Both the position numbers and the translations under genes were made by a program. From the NCBI RefSeq assembly GCF_018398935.1, contig NZ_CP074694.1, positions 6,240,001 to 6,272,000 on the forward strand: a stretch of DNA of 32,000 nucleotides, given 5' to 3'. Shown here piece by piece: positions 8,470 to 16,849 of the stretch. Each line of letters begins with the position of its first letter. Within the stretch, counting starts at the first letter, position 1. Source of the DNA: Telmatocola sphagniphila (lineage in GTDB: Bacteria; Planctomycetota; Planctomycetia; Gemmatales; Gemmataceae). The notes beneath the pieces are model-generated. The model saw only the letters and a program-made list of their open reading frames with translations, was not told the DNA's origin and did not search any database.

Positions 8470-8847
8470 TTACGAACTGGCGGCGGCGGATTGCATGGTT
8501 GCGCTCGAGCGGGATGCAACCGGGGTCGCCCGAGGTCGCTTAATTTTTTTCTTTGTCTCCGTTACCTTGGTAAGCTTCTTTACCTTCTCTTCCATTTCTT
8601 TGCCAGGCTGGAAGGTCACCACATTTTTCGGCTCGACGGTAACCGGCACCCCGGTGCGGGGATTGCGGGCCCGGCGGGCCTTGCGGCGCTTGACTTCGAA
8701 GACACCGAAATTTCGAAGCTCGATCCGCCCGTGCTTGACCAGCGTGTCCACGATGGAATCGAAAGTCAGTTGAACGATTTCTTTGATCTTCAACTGAGGC
8801 TGATTCGTCTGATCGGCAATGTACTTAACGATGTCTTTTTTGGTCAC
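8470..8847 (-). CDS. HU/IHF-family DNA-binding protein with Lys-rich C-terminal tail
   Basis: 125-aa [17 protein letters not shown]...[46 protein letters not shown] matches the HU/IHF arm and body pattern (RNPxTG, F.PGK). About 35 extra residues follow ([22 protein letters not shown]...). Confidence 0.88.
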   Translation of the reverse strand: MTKKDIVKYIADQTNQPQLKIKEIVQLTFDSIVDTLVKHGRIELRNFGVFEVKRRKARRARNPRTGVPVTVEPKNVVTFQPGKEMEEKVKKLTKVTETKKKIKRPRATPVASRSSATMQSAAASS

Positions 8848-9244
8848 TTGCTGTCTCTCAGGTCTTTCACATGCGACGGGAGCGCCGAACGAGTTCGACG
8901 AGATACAAGTCTAGGTAGGGTATGGAGTAGTGTCAAGGAAAAATGGGCGTACGAAATAGCTTTGCCTCCGGGAATTCGCAACTCTTCTGGAAAAACATCA
9001 CTCAATTGAGAGTCGATTTCTTGGAAGATTTTTTTTGCGGCTCCGAATCGCGCTGAGCTTTCTGCACCGTAAAACCAACTTCCCGAAGTCGTCCGGGAAA
9101 TGTTAACGAATTATCAGAGTCGACGTGTGCTGATTGGCTGGGAAATTTGGGTGAAATAGGGGGACTGACTTGCTTCCGGATGTGGTACCATTAGAAAGTT
9201 AATGGACTGGGCACAAATTGGATCTGTAGCTATTCGAGGCCGTA

Positions 9245-11083
9245 ATGATTAGTTTCTCCTGGAAGCATCGCCGAAGCAATGACTTCTTTTCAAATTTCTT
9301 TGGGAATCCCCCGCTGTCGAGTTCGGCATTCGTCTCCCACCTTCGCGTCGAAGAATTGGAACAGAAAAATACGGTCAGTACGATGATGGGTGTCACTGGC
9401 GATAATATGCTGGTCTCCTTCAATACCAATAGCCCGAATGTTATCACCAACTCGGTTAACATCACCAATCTGGCCGGAACCACGGGTGAAGAACAGGTCG
9501 TCGGACTCTCCTACCGGCCGCGTACCGGACAGCTGTACGGCATAGGCGTCGAAACGGTTAATAATCAGGACTTGCTTCGCCTTTACATGATCAATCCCCT
9601 GACGGGAGTGGCGACTCAGGTAGGATCCAACAGCATCACGCTGCCTCCGGCGCTCTACTATGAAGTGAGCATCAATCCCGCAGCCGATGTCCTGCGCGTG
9701 GAAAGCACGGCCGATGTCAACATTCGCGTGAATCTCAATAACGGTTCTTTGATTTCCTCCGATACCACTTTCAAACCGGCCAGCCTATTGATCGATGGCA
9801 TCGCTTACGACCGAAATTTCAACGGCAACTTGGGTACTAACGGCACAACGCTTTATGGCATCGCCCGCAATGGAAACCAATTGGTGACCATCGGCGGCAT
9901 CAACCAGAATCCCAGTCCCAACAACGGCGCGGTCACTTCAATCGGACCATTAGGTGTGAACATCAGCCCGACGGCCGGTGTCGGTTTTGTGATTCCTCCT
10001 TCGGGAACTGCCGGTGGGACCGGCTATGCGGTGCTCACCGACAACAACACCAATCTGACAGGCCTTTATGCCATTAATCTCGCCACCGGCGCAGCGATCA
10101 AAGTCGGCAATGTCGGTTCCGGAACGACACCGCTCAATGGCTTGGCGGCGGTGCCCAATAGCGTCATTGCGGTCGGTTCCGGTCCGGGTACCAATGCCGA
10201 TGTTCGAGTTGTCAATGGCAACACCGGCGAACAGTTGATGGCGATCTCACCGTTCAATGGTTACCTGGGTGGTGTCAGTGTCGCCTTGGGAGATGTCAAT
10301 CGCGATTCTGTTCCGGATATCATTGTCGGCGCGGGCGCTGGGGCGCCAGGTGGGCATGTGAAAGTCTACGACGGGGCCACCGGAAATCTGATCTACAGTT
10401 TCCTGGCCTTCCCGGGATTCACCGGCGGTGTTCAAGTTGCATCCGGCGACGTCAACGGCGATGGCTATGCCGACATTATTGTGGCGGCCGAAGGGTCCTC
10501 CGGGGCTCAGGTGAAAATTTTCAGCGGCCAGAACGGTACCTTGCTCTCCAGCTTCGGTGCCTATCCCGGTTACAACGGCCAGTTTGCCATCGCCGCCGGG
10601 GATATAAACGGTAACGGGCTCTCGGAAATCGTGACGGCGGCAGCCGCCAACGGGCACATCAAGATCTTTAATGCTCAGGGCGGCGGAGCGACCACACCGG
10701 GGATTCCCAATAGCTTCCTGGAAAACAACGGAGTTTACCGCAATCTGAGCGTGGCGGTGGGCGATGTGAACTTCGACGGCCGACCCGACATCATTGTCGG
10801 CGAACAATATGGCGACGGGTTGATCAAAGTCTTCAGCGGCGCGAATGGCTCGCAAATACTCAACTTCAATGCCTATCCGGGAGGGGCTACCGGTGGTGTG
10901 AATGTGGCGGTGGGCGATGTGACGAGTTCCGGGGAATACTCAATTCGAACGATGCCCGCCGGTACGGGAAATCTGGCTTCGCTGGGGGCGTTCAGCGGGT
11001 TCGATGCCTCGACTCAAGCGGCCTTCACGCCTTTCTTGAACTACGCCGGTTCGGCTTCAATCGCCGGTTATCGGGTTAGCTAA
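9245..11083 (+). CDS. Secreted DUF4394-like / FG-GAP repeat (beta-propeller) protein
   Basis: 612-aa ORF. The N-terminal half resembles DUF4394 (LVSFNTNSPN...VVGLSYRPRTGQLYGIG...LYMINPLTGVATQVG). The C-terminal half has at least 5 FG-GAP-type repeats (GDVNRDSVPDIIVGAG, GDVNGDGYADIIVAA, GDINGNGLSEIVTAA, GDVNFDGRPDIIVGE, GDVTSSGEY). The N-terminus carries LRVEELEQK (9341-9367). Confidence 0.85.
   Translation: MISFSWKHRRSNDFFSNFFGNPPLSSSAFVSHLRVEELEQKNTVSTMMGVTGDNMLVSFNTNSPNVITNSVNITNLAGTTGEEQVVGLSYRPRTGQLYGIGVETVNNQDLLRLYMINPLTGVATQVGSNSITLPPALYYEVSINPAADVLRVESTADVNIRVNLNNGSLISSDTTFKPASLLIDGIAYDRNFNGNLGTNGTTLYGIARNGNQLVTIGGINQNPSPNNGAVTSIGPLGVNISPTAGVGFVIPPSGTAGGTGYAVLTDNNTNLTGLYAINLATGAAIKVGNVGSGTTPLNGLAAVPNSVIAVGSGPGTNADVRVVNGNTGEQLMAISPFNGYLGGVSVALGDVNRDSVPDIIVGAGAGAPGGHVKVYDGATGNLIYSFLAFPGFTGGVQVASGDVNGDGYADIIVAAEGSSGAQVKIFSGQNGTLLSSFGAYPGYNGQFAIAAGDINGNGLSEIVTAAAANGHIKIFNAQGGGATTPGIPNSFLENNGVYRNLSVAVGDVNFDGRPDIIVGEQYGDGLIKVFSGANGSQILNFNAYPGGATGGVNVAVGDVTSSGEYSIRTMPAGTGNLASLGAFSGFDASTQAAFTPFLNYAGSASIAGYRVS
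10268..11020 (+). repeat. Tandem ~50-codon FG-GAP repeat modules inside the 9245-11083 CDS (approximate bounds)
   Basis: A unit recurs five times: G-G-V-x-V-A-x-G-D-V-N-x-D-G-x-x-D-I-I-V...h-V-K-V/I-F-S-G-x-x-G-x-x-L-x-x-F-x-A-Y-P-G. Confidence 0.75.
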
Positions 11084-11116
11084 AAAGGGAATTTCGAACG
11101 GAGATCAATCCCCAGT

Positions 11117-11902
11117 TCAGGAAAAGGGTAGCCGACCGGCGATGACGTCGGCTTCCCACTCCTCCATCAGCGGCCAGTCGGTCGCACACGTACCAAAATC
11201 GGCCATGTGCATGTAACCGCTCAGACGATCGATGGCTTTTTGAATTATCTGGGCCTCGCGTGGAAAGACCGGGCCGTGGCTGGGGAGGAGATACTTGGAA
11301 TCATCCCCCAGGATGCGAGACAGAGATTTCACAAAATCGCCCAGATGCGAGCCGTGGTGGGCGTCGATGACGCCGACGCAGCTATCCTTGTAGATGTTGT
11401 CGCCGCTGAACAGCAAATCGCGCATCTTGAAGCTGAGTTGACCCGGGGTATGTCCCGGTGTATGCCAGACGTCCAGTTTCACATCGCCGACCTCGATGGT
11501 GTCCCCTTCATTCAGTCGCAGGTCGATTTTGACAGGAACCATCGGCAAGTCGATGCCCTGAGCGGTGATTTTGGCGTAGGTTTCGATGGCATCGGCTTTT
11601 TCCAGCGGTTTGACGCTTTTCGGATGCGCGGCCACGCTGGTTTTCAGCCGGTCTTTAGCCCGCTTGAGCCCTTGAATGTGGTCGGCGTCGGCATGCGTGG
11701 CGATGATCATCTTGCACTTCGACAGGCTGAAATCCATCTGGCGGATCAGTTCGATGATCTCATCGACCGTATCCTCGAAGCCGATGTCGATCAGCAGAAA
11801 TTCGGAGCCTCCATCGATCAGGTAGACGTTCACTCCCAGCCGACGACCGGCCTGGTAGTTCATCTCTATGACGTTGGGGAAGAGGTATTTCCGACGAATC
11901 AT
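11117..11902 (-). CDS. MBL-fold metallo-hydrolase with a variant metal motif
   Basis: 261-aa ORF. VYLIDGGSEFLLIDIG, IIATHADADHIQG (HxDxDH where HxHxDH is expected), WHTPGHTPG and LLPSHGP are MBL-fold landmarks. Confidence 0.85.
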   Translation of the reverse strand: MIRRKYLFPNVIEMNYQAGRRLGVNVYLIDGGSEFLLIDIGFEDTVDEIIELIRQMDFSLSKCKMIIATHADADHIQGLKRAKDRLKTSVAAHPKSVKPLEKADAIETYAKITAQGIDLPMVPVKIDLRLNEGDTIEVGDVKLDVWHTPGHTPGQLSFKMRDLLFSGDNIYKDSCVGVIDAHHGSHLGDFVKSLSRILGDDSKYLLPSHGPVFPREAQIIQKAIDRLSGYMHMADFGTCATDWPLMEEWEADVIAGRLPFS

Positions 11903-11943
11903 CTGGTGCCACCTACGATTTTTTGAATCCCCTTATTTTACAC

Positions 11944-12957
11944 TCAGCGGGCGAAAGTATCCCGTAGAAATTGCTGAACGCTTTCCCAGCGGTCGGCACT
12001 CTTCTCAAAAGAGACCTCCATGCGCCGGACTTGATCGGGGCGTTTCAGCGTTTCGTGCAGCTTGGTCTGACTGGCTGTCGAGAGCGGAATTTGGAAGCCT
12101 CCTTTCAGGGCCAGCTTGTCTTCCGTTCCGGGATTCAGGAGGAATTTCACGAGCTTTTGGGCGTTTTCCGGATTCGGCCGATTTTTCAGGATGCAGATCG
12201 TGTTCGGGATAAAAAGGGTTCCTAAGGCCGGGTATTTCGGATGAGCCTCCTGGTCGAGGTAGAGTATTTTCACCGGCCGTTTGTCGTTGTATTCTTCGAT
12301 GGCATCGTCGGTGTCGGTCAGCCCGGCGGCGAAATCGCCCCGAGCCACCCGCTCGGCCACCTGTTTATTCCCGGCTAAAATCGTGATATCATTGGCTTTT
12401 AAACCATTGAAAAACGCCTGAGCGCCTTCCTCGCCCAATACTTCGAACAAACAGGCCGCGTGCGTTGCGGTCGTGCCGAACTGAGGCTTGGCCATGGCCA
12501 GCTTGCTTTTCCATTTCGGATCGGTCAGATCGAGAATGGATTTGGGATAATCGGCTTCTTTCAGCTTTTCGGTGTTCACAATCAGGATGCGGCCCCGCGC
12601 AGCGAAGGCCTGCCAGCAGCCGCTTTCGGGACGCGTCCAGGCCGGGTAGTTGGGATCGGGCTCCATGCGATCGAGAAGACCTTTACGCTCGAGACGGATC
12701 GTGTTGATGATTTCGTTATTCCAGAAAACATCGCAGCGGGGTCGTTTCGCCTCCTGCACGAGCTCTTCGAACAGACTGACCGACTTATTAGCTTCCGTAT
12801 CGAACTTGGTGGCGACCGGGATGCCCGTTTCCTTCTCAAAACTCGAAAGAATTTCCTGGGCGTATTCCATGTCCTGGGCGCAATACAGCACGGCCCGATC
12901 CGGCGATTTTCCGCAGCCGGAGAGAAGGGCCAGGAGAAGCAAACAGAGATATTTCAT
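11944..12957 (-). CDS. Periplasmic solute-binding lipoprotein, Fe(3+)/FbpA-AfuA-like family
   Basis: 337-aa ORF with lipobox LLALLSGCG. VLYCAQDMEYAQEILSSFEKETGIPV, FWNNEI, WQAFAARGRILIVNT, AMAKPQFGTTATHAA and GLTDTDDA match iron-type extracellular solute-binding proteins. No permease or ATPase gene is adjacent. Confidence 0.8.
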   Translation of the reverse strand: MKYLCLLLLALLSGCGKSPDRAVLYCAQDMEYAQEILSSFEKETGIPVATKFDTEANKSVSLFEELVQEAKRPRCDVFWNNEIINTIRLERKGLLDRMEPDPNYPAWTRPESGCWQAFAARGRILIVNTEKLKEADYPKSILDLTDPKWKSKLAMAKPQFGTTATHAACLFEVLGEEGAQAFFNGLKANDITILAGNKQVAERVARGDFAAGLTDTDDAIEEYNDKRPVKILYLDQEAHPKYPALGTLFIPNTICILKNRPNPENAQKLVKFLLNPGTEDKLALKGGFQIPLSTASQTKLHETLKRPDQVRRMEVSFEKSADRWESVQQFLRDTFAR

Positions 12958-12969
12958 GACGTAGCCAGA

Positions 12970-14187
12970 TTAGAGGTTTCTATGAGAATGAAAGGCCATG
13001 GCGGCGAAGCTGACGCTTTCGAATCCTTCCGGATGCACATATTGATCGTATTTCAAAAGCTGGCCTTGCCCGGGTTGTAGCGCACTCAAGAACAGTGAAG
13101 TCGGGGGTAGTCCGCAAATTCTCCTTCGGTCCTGTTCCTGCTGGATCACCCGATAATAGGCTTGGGCATCCGCCTTCTCGGCCGCTTCCAAAATCCGTCT
13201 ATCCTGAAGACGACTCGCGGCCAGGACGGTTTCATTTACCGGTTCGGGATCGTCGAATTTCGGACCAATATGAGCCAGGTCCCCGCTGATGATGGTACAA
13301 AAAGGTTCCTGGATCTCGGCGGCCAGCTTGCGAAGAGACCGAACCATTCGTTGAATGTCATCTGCGGACTCGGGGGTCGATCCCGCTTCGATGCAATCGG
13401 CATAAGAACCGACCAGCAGGGGGACAATGCGAATCGGCTCCGGAATCAGGTGCTGCAGCAGGAGCACTTCCAGTTCAATCGAATGCTCGGGCAGATGAGC
13501 GATGGGATCGTTGAATAAACCTTCGCCGTATAACTCGACCAGGCGGTCGATGAGCTTCTGATCGGTTTCGACAACGCCGAGCGGCGTCGCGAAGTTTTGT
13601 CGAGTGAGTGTGAATCGTTCGCCCGAATAGTGCGAGGTGGCAATGATCAGGAACAAGCGGGCGCGGCTTCGCTCGACCAGTTCTTTGTAACCCCACCCGT
13701 AGACGGTGCCGCCGCGGCCGTAATCCATATGCGGCACCAAGAGCCCCTGTATCTCGCCGTCGCGGGCAACTCGGCTGCCCCATTCGCCCGGTAGGCCGGG
13801 GCCGCCGTCAGCTGTGAACAGGCGATTTAATTCCGAGGCGATGATCTTGGGATCTTCCGAATAACAGCCGATACAGGAGGGTTTGCGAACCGGCCCAAAA
13901 ATCAGCTCCTGAAATTTCCGGCTATCCAGATAAAGGCAATCGTCCAATTCCGACACCAGTCGAGCCAGATCTTCGATTGATGGGTAACCACTTCGATTCT
14001 GAGTAACCTGAAAGTGAATTTCGTGCAGAGTTCGCTGGCCATTGAATAAGCGAATGAATTCGAAGGAGAGAGCGTTGAGAGTAATAGTGGGGGACAGCCG
14101 GAGCTGATCCTCCAGAATGTAATCGAGCGACTGAGCCGTGATGAATAGTCCGGGGCGAAATCGGGGTTTTTTCAATCGCTCGGGCAC
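12970..14187 (-). CDS. Memo-family protein (AmmeMemoRadiSam system protein B-like) with a ~100-aa N-terminal PqqD/RRE-like extension
   Basis: 405-aa ORF with a GTG start preceded by AGGAG. Memo landmarks are LLVPHMDYGRGGTVYGWGY, IIATSHY, IISGDLAHIGPKF and RRICGLPP. The N-terminal segment PRFRPGLFITAQSLDYILEDQLRLSPTITLNALSFEFIRLFNGQRTLHEIHFQV...IEDLARLVSELDDCLYL resembles PqqD-type peptide-binding domains. Confidence 0.8.
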   Translation of the reverse strand: MPERLKKPRFRPGLFITAQSLDYILEDQLRLSPTITLNALSFEFIRLFNGQRTLHEIHFQVTQNRSGYPSIEDLARLVSELDDCLYLDSRKFQELIFGPVRKPSCIGCYSEDPKIIASELNRLFTADGGPGLPGEWGSRVARDGEIQGLLVPHMDYGRGGTVYGWGYKELVERSRARLFLIIATSHYSGERFTLTRQNFATPLGVVETDQKLIDRLVELYGEGLFNDPIAHLPEHSIELEVLLLQHLIPEPIRIVPLLVGSYADCIEAGSTPESADDIQRMVRSLRKLAAEIQEPFCTIISGDLAHIGPKFDDPEPVNETVLAASRLQDRRILEAAEKADAQAYYRVIQQEQDRRRICGLPPTSLFLSALQPGQGQLLKYDQYVHPEGFESVSFAAMAFHSHRNL

Positions 14188-14196
14188 CGCCGGCTC

Positions 14197-15663
14197 CTAC
14201 TTCTTGCTGATGGTAGCTATACCCGGCGAGGCATTGAATCCTTTCACCAGCTTCGCATCGGCCAGATTCCAAATTCGAACTTCCCCATTGTAATCTCCTG
14301 CGGCAAGCAGTTTTCCATCGGGGCTCAAAGCCAGGGAGTAGACCTGATCGGTCAAACCACTCAGAGTTTTGGTATTCTTTTGCGTCTCGGCTTCCCAGAT
14401 CTTCACAGTTTTGTCGGCACCCGCAGTGGCTAATAGCAGTCGATCCGGTGAGCTGAGGAGTTTCAAGATATCTTCGTTGTGTCCACCCAGAACTTTCAAT
14501 TGTTTCCCCTGGGGAACCGCTTCCCATTGCCGAAGGACATGATCGGCTCCCGCGGAGAAGGCTTTCTTCCCATCTTTAGACCAGGCCACGCCGTAGACGT
14601 TGTTCTGATGTTCCGGAAATGTCGTGATCGATTCTCTATTCATCAGATCCCAGATCTTGGCGGTTTTATCGCGGGCGCAAGAGAGCAACCGTTCGCCAGT
14701 CGCATCGAAGGCGAGCGCGAAAACCCAGTCCGCATGGTTATCAATAACCTGCTCCAGCTTGGCCCGCCGAGCGCCGGCACTGACATCCCAGACCCGAATG
14801 GTTCGATCGCAGCCCCCCGCAGCTAGTAGATTGCCGTCCGGGGAGATTGCGAGACAGAGAATGGAATCGTCGCTATCCAGCAGTTGTTTGCGGAACACCT
14901 GGGGATCGCTGACCCCATCGAGGAAAATAACTTCTCCTTCCTTTTTCCCGGCCGCCTGCAGGTTATAGACGCGAATGTCCCCTTCCTGGCCCGGTCGTGA
15001 ACCGGCGACTATCAGGGAGCCATCGCGGTGAAAGAGCATCGCCAGGGCCCGCTCGGCCCGGGTCCGGAGGCGCTTCGTGAGTTTACTGGAATCGACATTC
15101 CACACGGTCAGTTCGTGGTGACCTCCGGCGACGAGTTCCTTCCCATCGGGAGTGAACGCCAGTGCGGTGACCGGCATGGCGAACTTGTATTGCGTAGGCG
15201 ATGCGGGCGGTTGCCAGCGCACCCGCAACTCTTTCACCAAATCGCTTTTGGTATCGATGCCCGAATCGAGTTTGGCCCCTTGCTCAATCCAACGGCGAAC
15301 GATCTCCGCTTTCTCTTTGGGCACAGCACTGATGCCGTCTTTGCGGGGTGGCATACGGCGATCTTCATTCGTGACCATTAAGTCGTAAAGATCGCTCTCC
15401 TGCGGTTTGCCTGGCGATACGGTTTCCCCATTGGAGCCACCGGCGATCAGTCTGGCAAAGGTAGTCATCTCGTATTTGCCGGAACGCTTTTTGGCATCGT
15501 GACAGGCGAAGCAGTAGTCCTTCAGGATGGGAGCTACATCGTTGATGAAACTGACTGGTGCCGCGGGGGACTGGGCGCAGGTCGACGATTCGCTGTAACG
15601 GAGCAACCAGAGGATCAGTGCACTGAGTAGAGCACAGAAAACGCAGAAACGGAACGATTTCAT
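14197..15663 (-). CDS. Planctomycete cytochrome c (PSCyt1) domain protein fused to 7 WD40 repeats, with signal peptide
   Basis: 488-aa ORF with heme motif CFACH in VAPILKDYCFACHDAKKRSGKYEM...RRMPP. Seven WD40-like units follow (LTVWNV, IRVYNL, IRVWDV, AKIWDL, LRQWEA, VKIWEA, VRIWNL). The N-terminus is hydrophobic. Confidence 0.88.
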   Translation of the reverse strand: MKSFRFCVFCALLSALILWLLRYSESSTCAQSPAAPVSFINDVAPILKDYCFACHDAKKRSGKYEMTTFARLIAGGSNGETVSPGKPQESDLYDLMVTNEDRRMPPRKDGISAVPKEKAEIVRRWIEQGAKLDSGIDTKSDLVKELRVRWQPPASPTQYKFAMPVTALAFTPDGKELVAGGHHELTVWNVDSSKLTKRLRTRAERALAMLFHRDGSLIVAGSRPGQEGDIRVYNLQAAGKKEGEVIFLDGVSDPQVFRKQLLDSDDSILCLAISPDGNLLAAGGCDRTIRVWDVSAGARRAKLEQVIDNHADWVFALAFDATGERLLSCARDKTAKIWDLMNRESITTFPEHQNNVYGVAWSKDGKKAFSAGADHVLRQWEAVPQGKQLKVLGGHNEDILKLLSSPDRLLLATAGADKTVKIWEAETQKNTKTLSGLTDQVYSLALSPDGKLLAAGDYNGEVRIWNLADAKLVKGFNASPGIATISKK

Positions 15664-15690
15664 TTTTTCAACACACTTCGGAGCAGGATG

Positions 15691-15709
15691 AGAAACCCGG
15701 CAGGTTTCT
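15691..15709 (-). other. Short hairpin between the HEXXH protein gene and the PSCyt-WD40 gene (weak terminator or 5'-UTR structure)
   Basis: AGAAACC / GGTTTCT 7-bp stem with 5-nt loop. No U-tract follows on the transcribed strand. Confidence 0.3.
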
Positions 15710-15761
15710 TCAGTAGGGGACGGTCGAAAATTCTTTGCCAGTGAAAAATGCTTCTCGAAAA

Positions 15762-16805
15762 CTAATCGCTGAGCGTTTTCCGAATCTCCGCTGCTTTTTT
15801 CGCGGCCTCGGTCATGGGAAATTGCTTGATCAAATCATCGAGCTTTTCCTTGGCCGCTTCCTGCTTGCCGGCATCGAGGATGAACTGAATCGCTTTCAAT
15901 TTATTTGCAGCCAGTTTCTCTGTGTCGGCAGACACTTCGGGTGGCTTTTCGGCCGGTCGTTTCGCCTCGGTTTTCGTCTCTTTATTCGTAGCGACCGGCG
16001 CCTTCTTTTTGGGCCGCATGACGAACAACTCGGGATTCTTGCCCCAGATCTGCTCCATCGCTTTGTAGCCTTCGGGATCGAGCGTTTTCAAATCTTCGCG
16101 CGTGACGATCGGCTTGCGGCCTTTATCGAGGTAGCTGCAGGTCAGCTCCGCGAAATATTCCCGGGCACTGGTGGCTGCGTAAACTTTCGCCGGTTGGCCG
16201 CGCGAAGGGGGATCGCCGTAGAGCTTACGATCCATGGCGACCTGATAGGCTTTGACAATCTGAGGCTGCTGATAGTTGTAAATCGCATGGTCCACCGCAT
16301 GGGCGAACTCGTGCAGAATCACACATTCTTCGTTAGGGTTATCCGGCTGGTAGACTTTGGTGATGTAAGACATCTTCACAATCGAAACGTTGTTTCCGCG
16401 TTCCCGGTCGTTGGGGAAATAAGCGGCGACCGCTCGGTCGTTGGCGATTTTCGCGCTCCCATCCCACTCGACGAAGATCGGTAGCCGACGCAGTTTGACG
16501 ACGTACTCCGCTTTCATGACCTGGATGATGGTCTGCAATTCCTGATCCAGAGCTTCGAGCGGCTTTACTTCGTATTCGTCGCTATTCTGGTGTTTGAGTA
16601 CTTCATCCGAAACGTAAACGTTGAATCCATGCAGTTTTTTGAGCGTGAAACCGGCTAAAGGGGAGTTGGATTTCGCCTTGGTCTGTGCGAAAACGGTTGG
16701 GGAAGCGCTGAAGTAAATCAGCAGGCTACAGAGAACGACCAGAACACACGAGCGCCGAAACATACACTTAAACCCGTGGAGAAGGCGACGAAGCTTCCAC
16801 TTCAT
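15762..16805 (-). CDS. Secreted putative zinc metallopeptidase (HEXXH) with Lys-rich helical C-terminal region
   Basis: 347-aa ORF with signal-like segment CVLVVLCSLLIYFSASPTVFAQ. It carries HEXXH in CVILHEFAHAVDH and a downstream Glu-containing EYFAE (SAREYFAELTCSYL). The start could be 16805 or the internal Met at 16763. Confidence 0.55.
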   Translation of the reverse strand: MKWKLRRLLHGFKCMFRRSCVLVVLCSLLIYFSASPTVFAQTKAKSNSPLAGFTLKKLHGFNVYVSDEVLKHQNSDEYEVKPLEALDQELQTIIQVMKAEYVVKLRRLPIFVEWDGSAKIANDRAVAAYFPNDRERGNNVSIVKMSYITKVYQPDNPNEECVILHEFAHAVDHAIYNYQQPQIVKAYQVAMDRKLYGDPPSRGQPAKVYAATSAREYFAELTCSYLDKGRKPIVTREDLKTLDPEGYKAMEQIWGKNPELFVMRPKKKAPVATNKETKTEAKRPAEKPPEVSADTEKLAANKLKAIQFILDAGKQEAAKEKLDDLIKQFPMTEAAKKAAEIRKTLSD

Positions 16806-16849
16806 TCTACCGGGAGAATGGCCCGCGCGAACACTAAAAAGCCAGGCCT

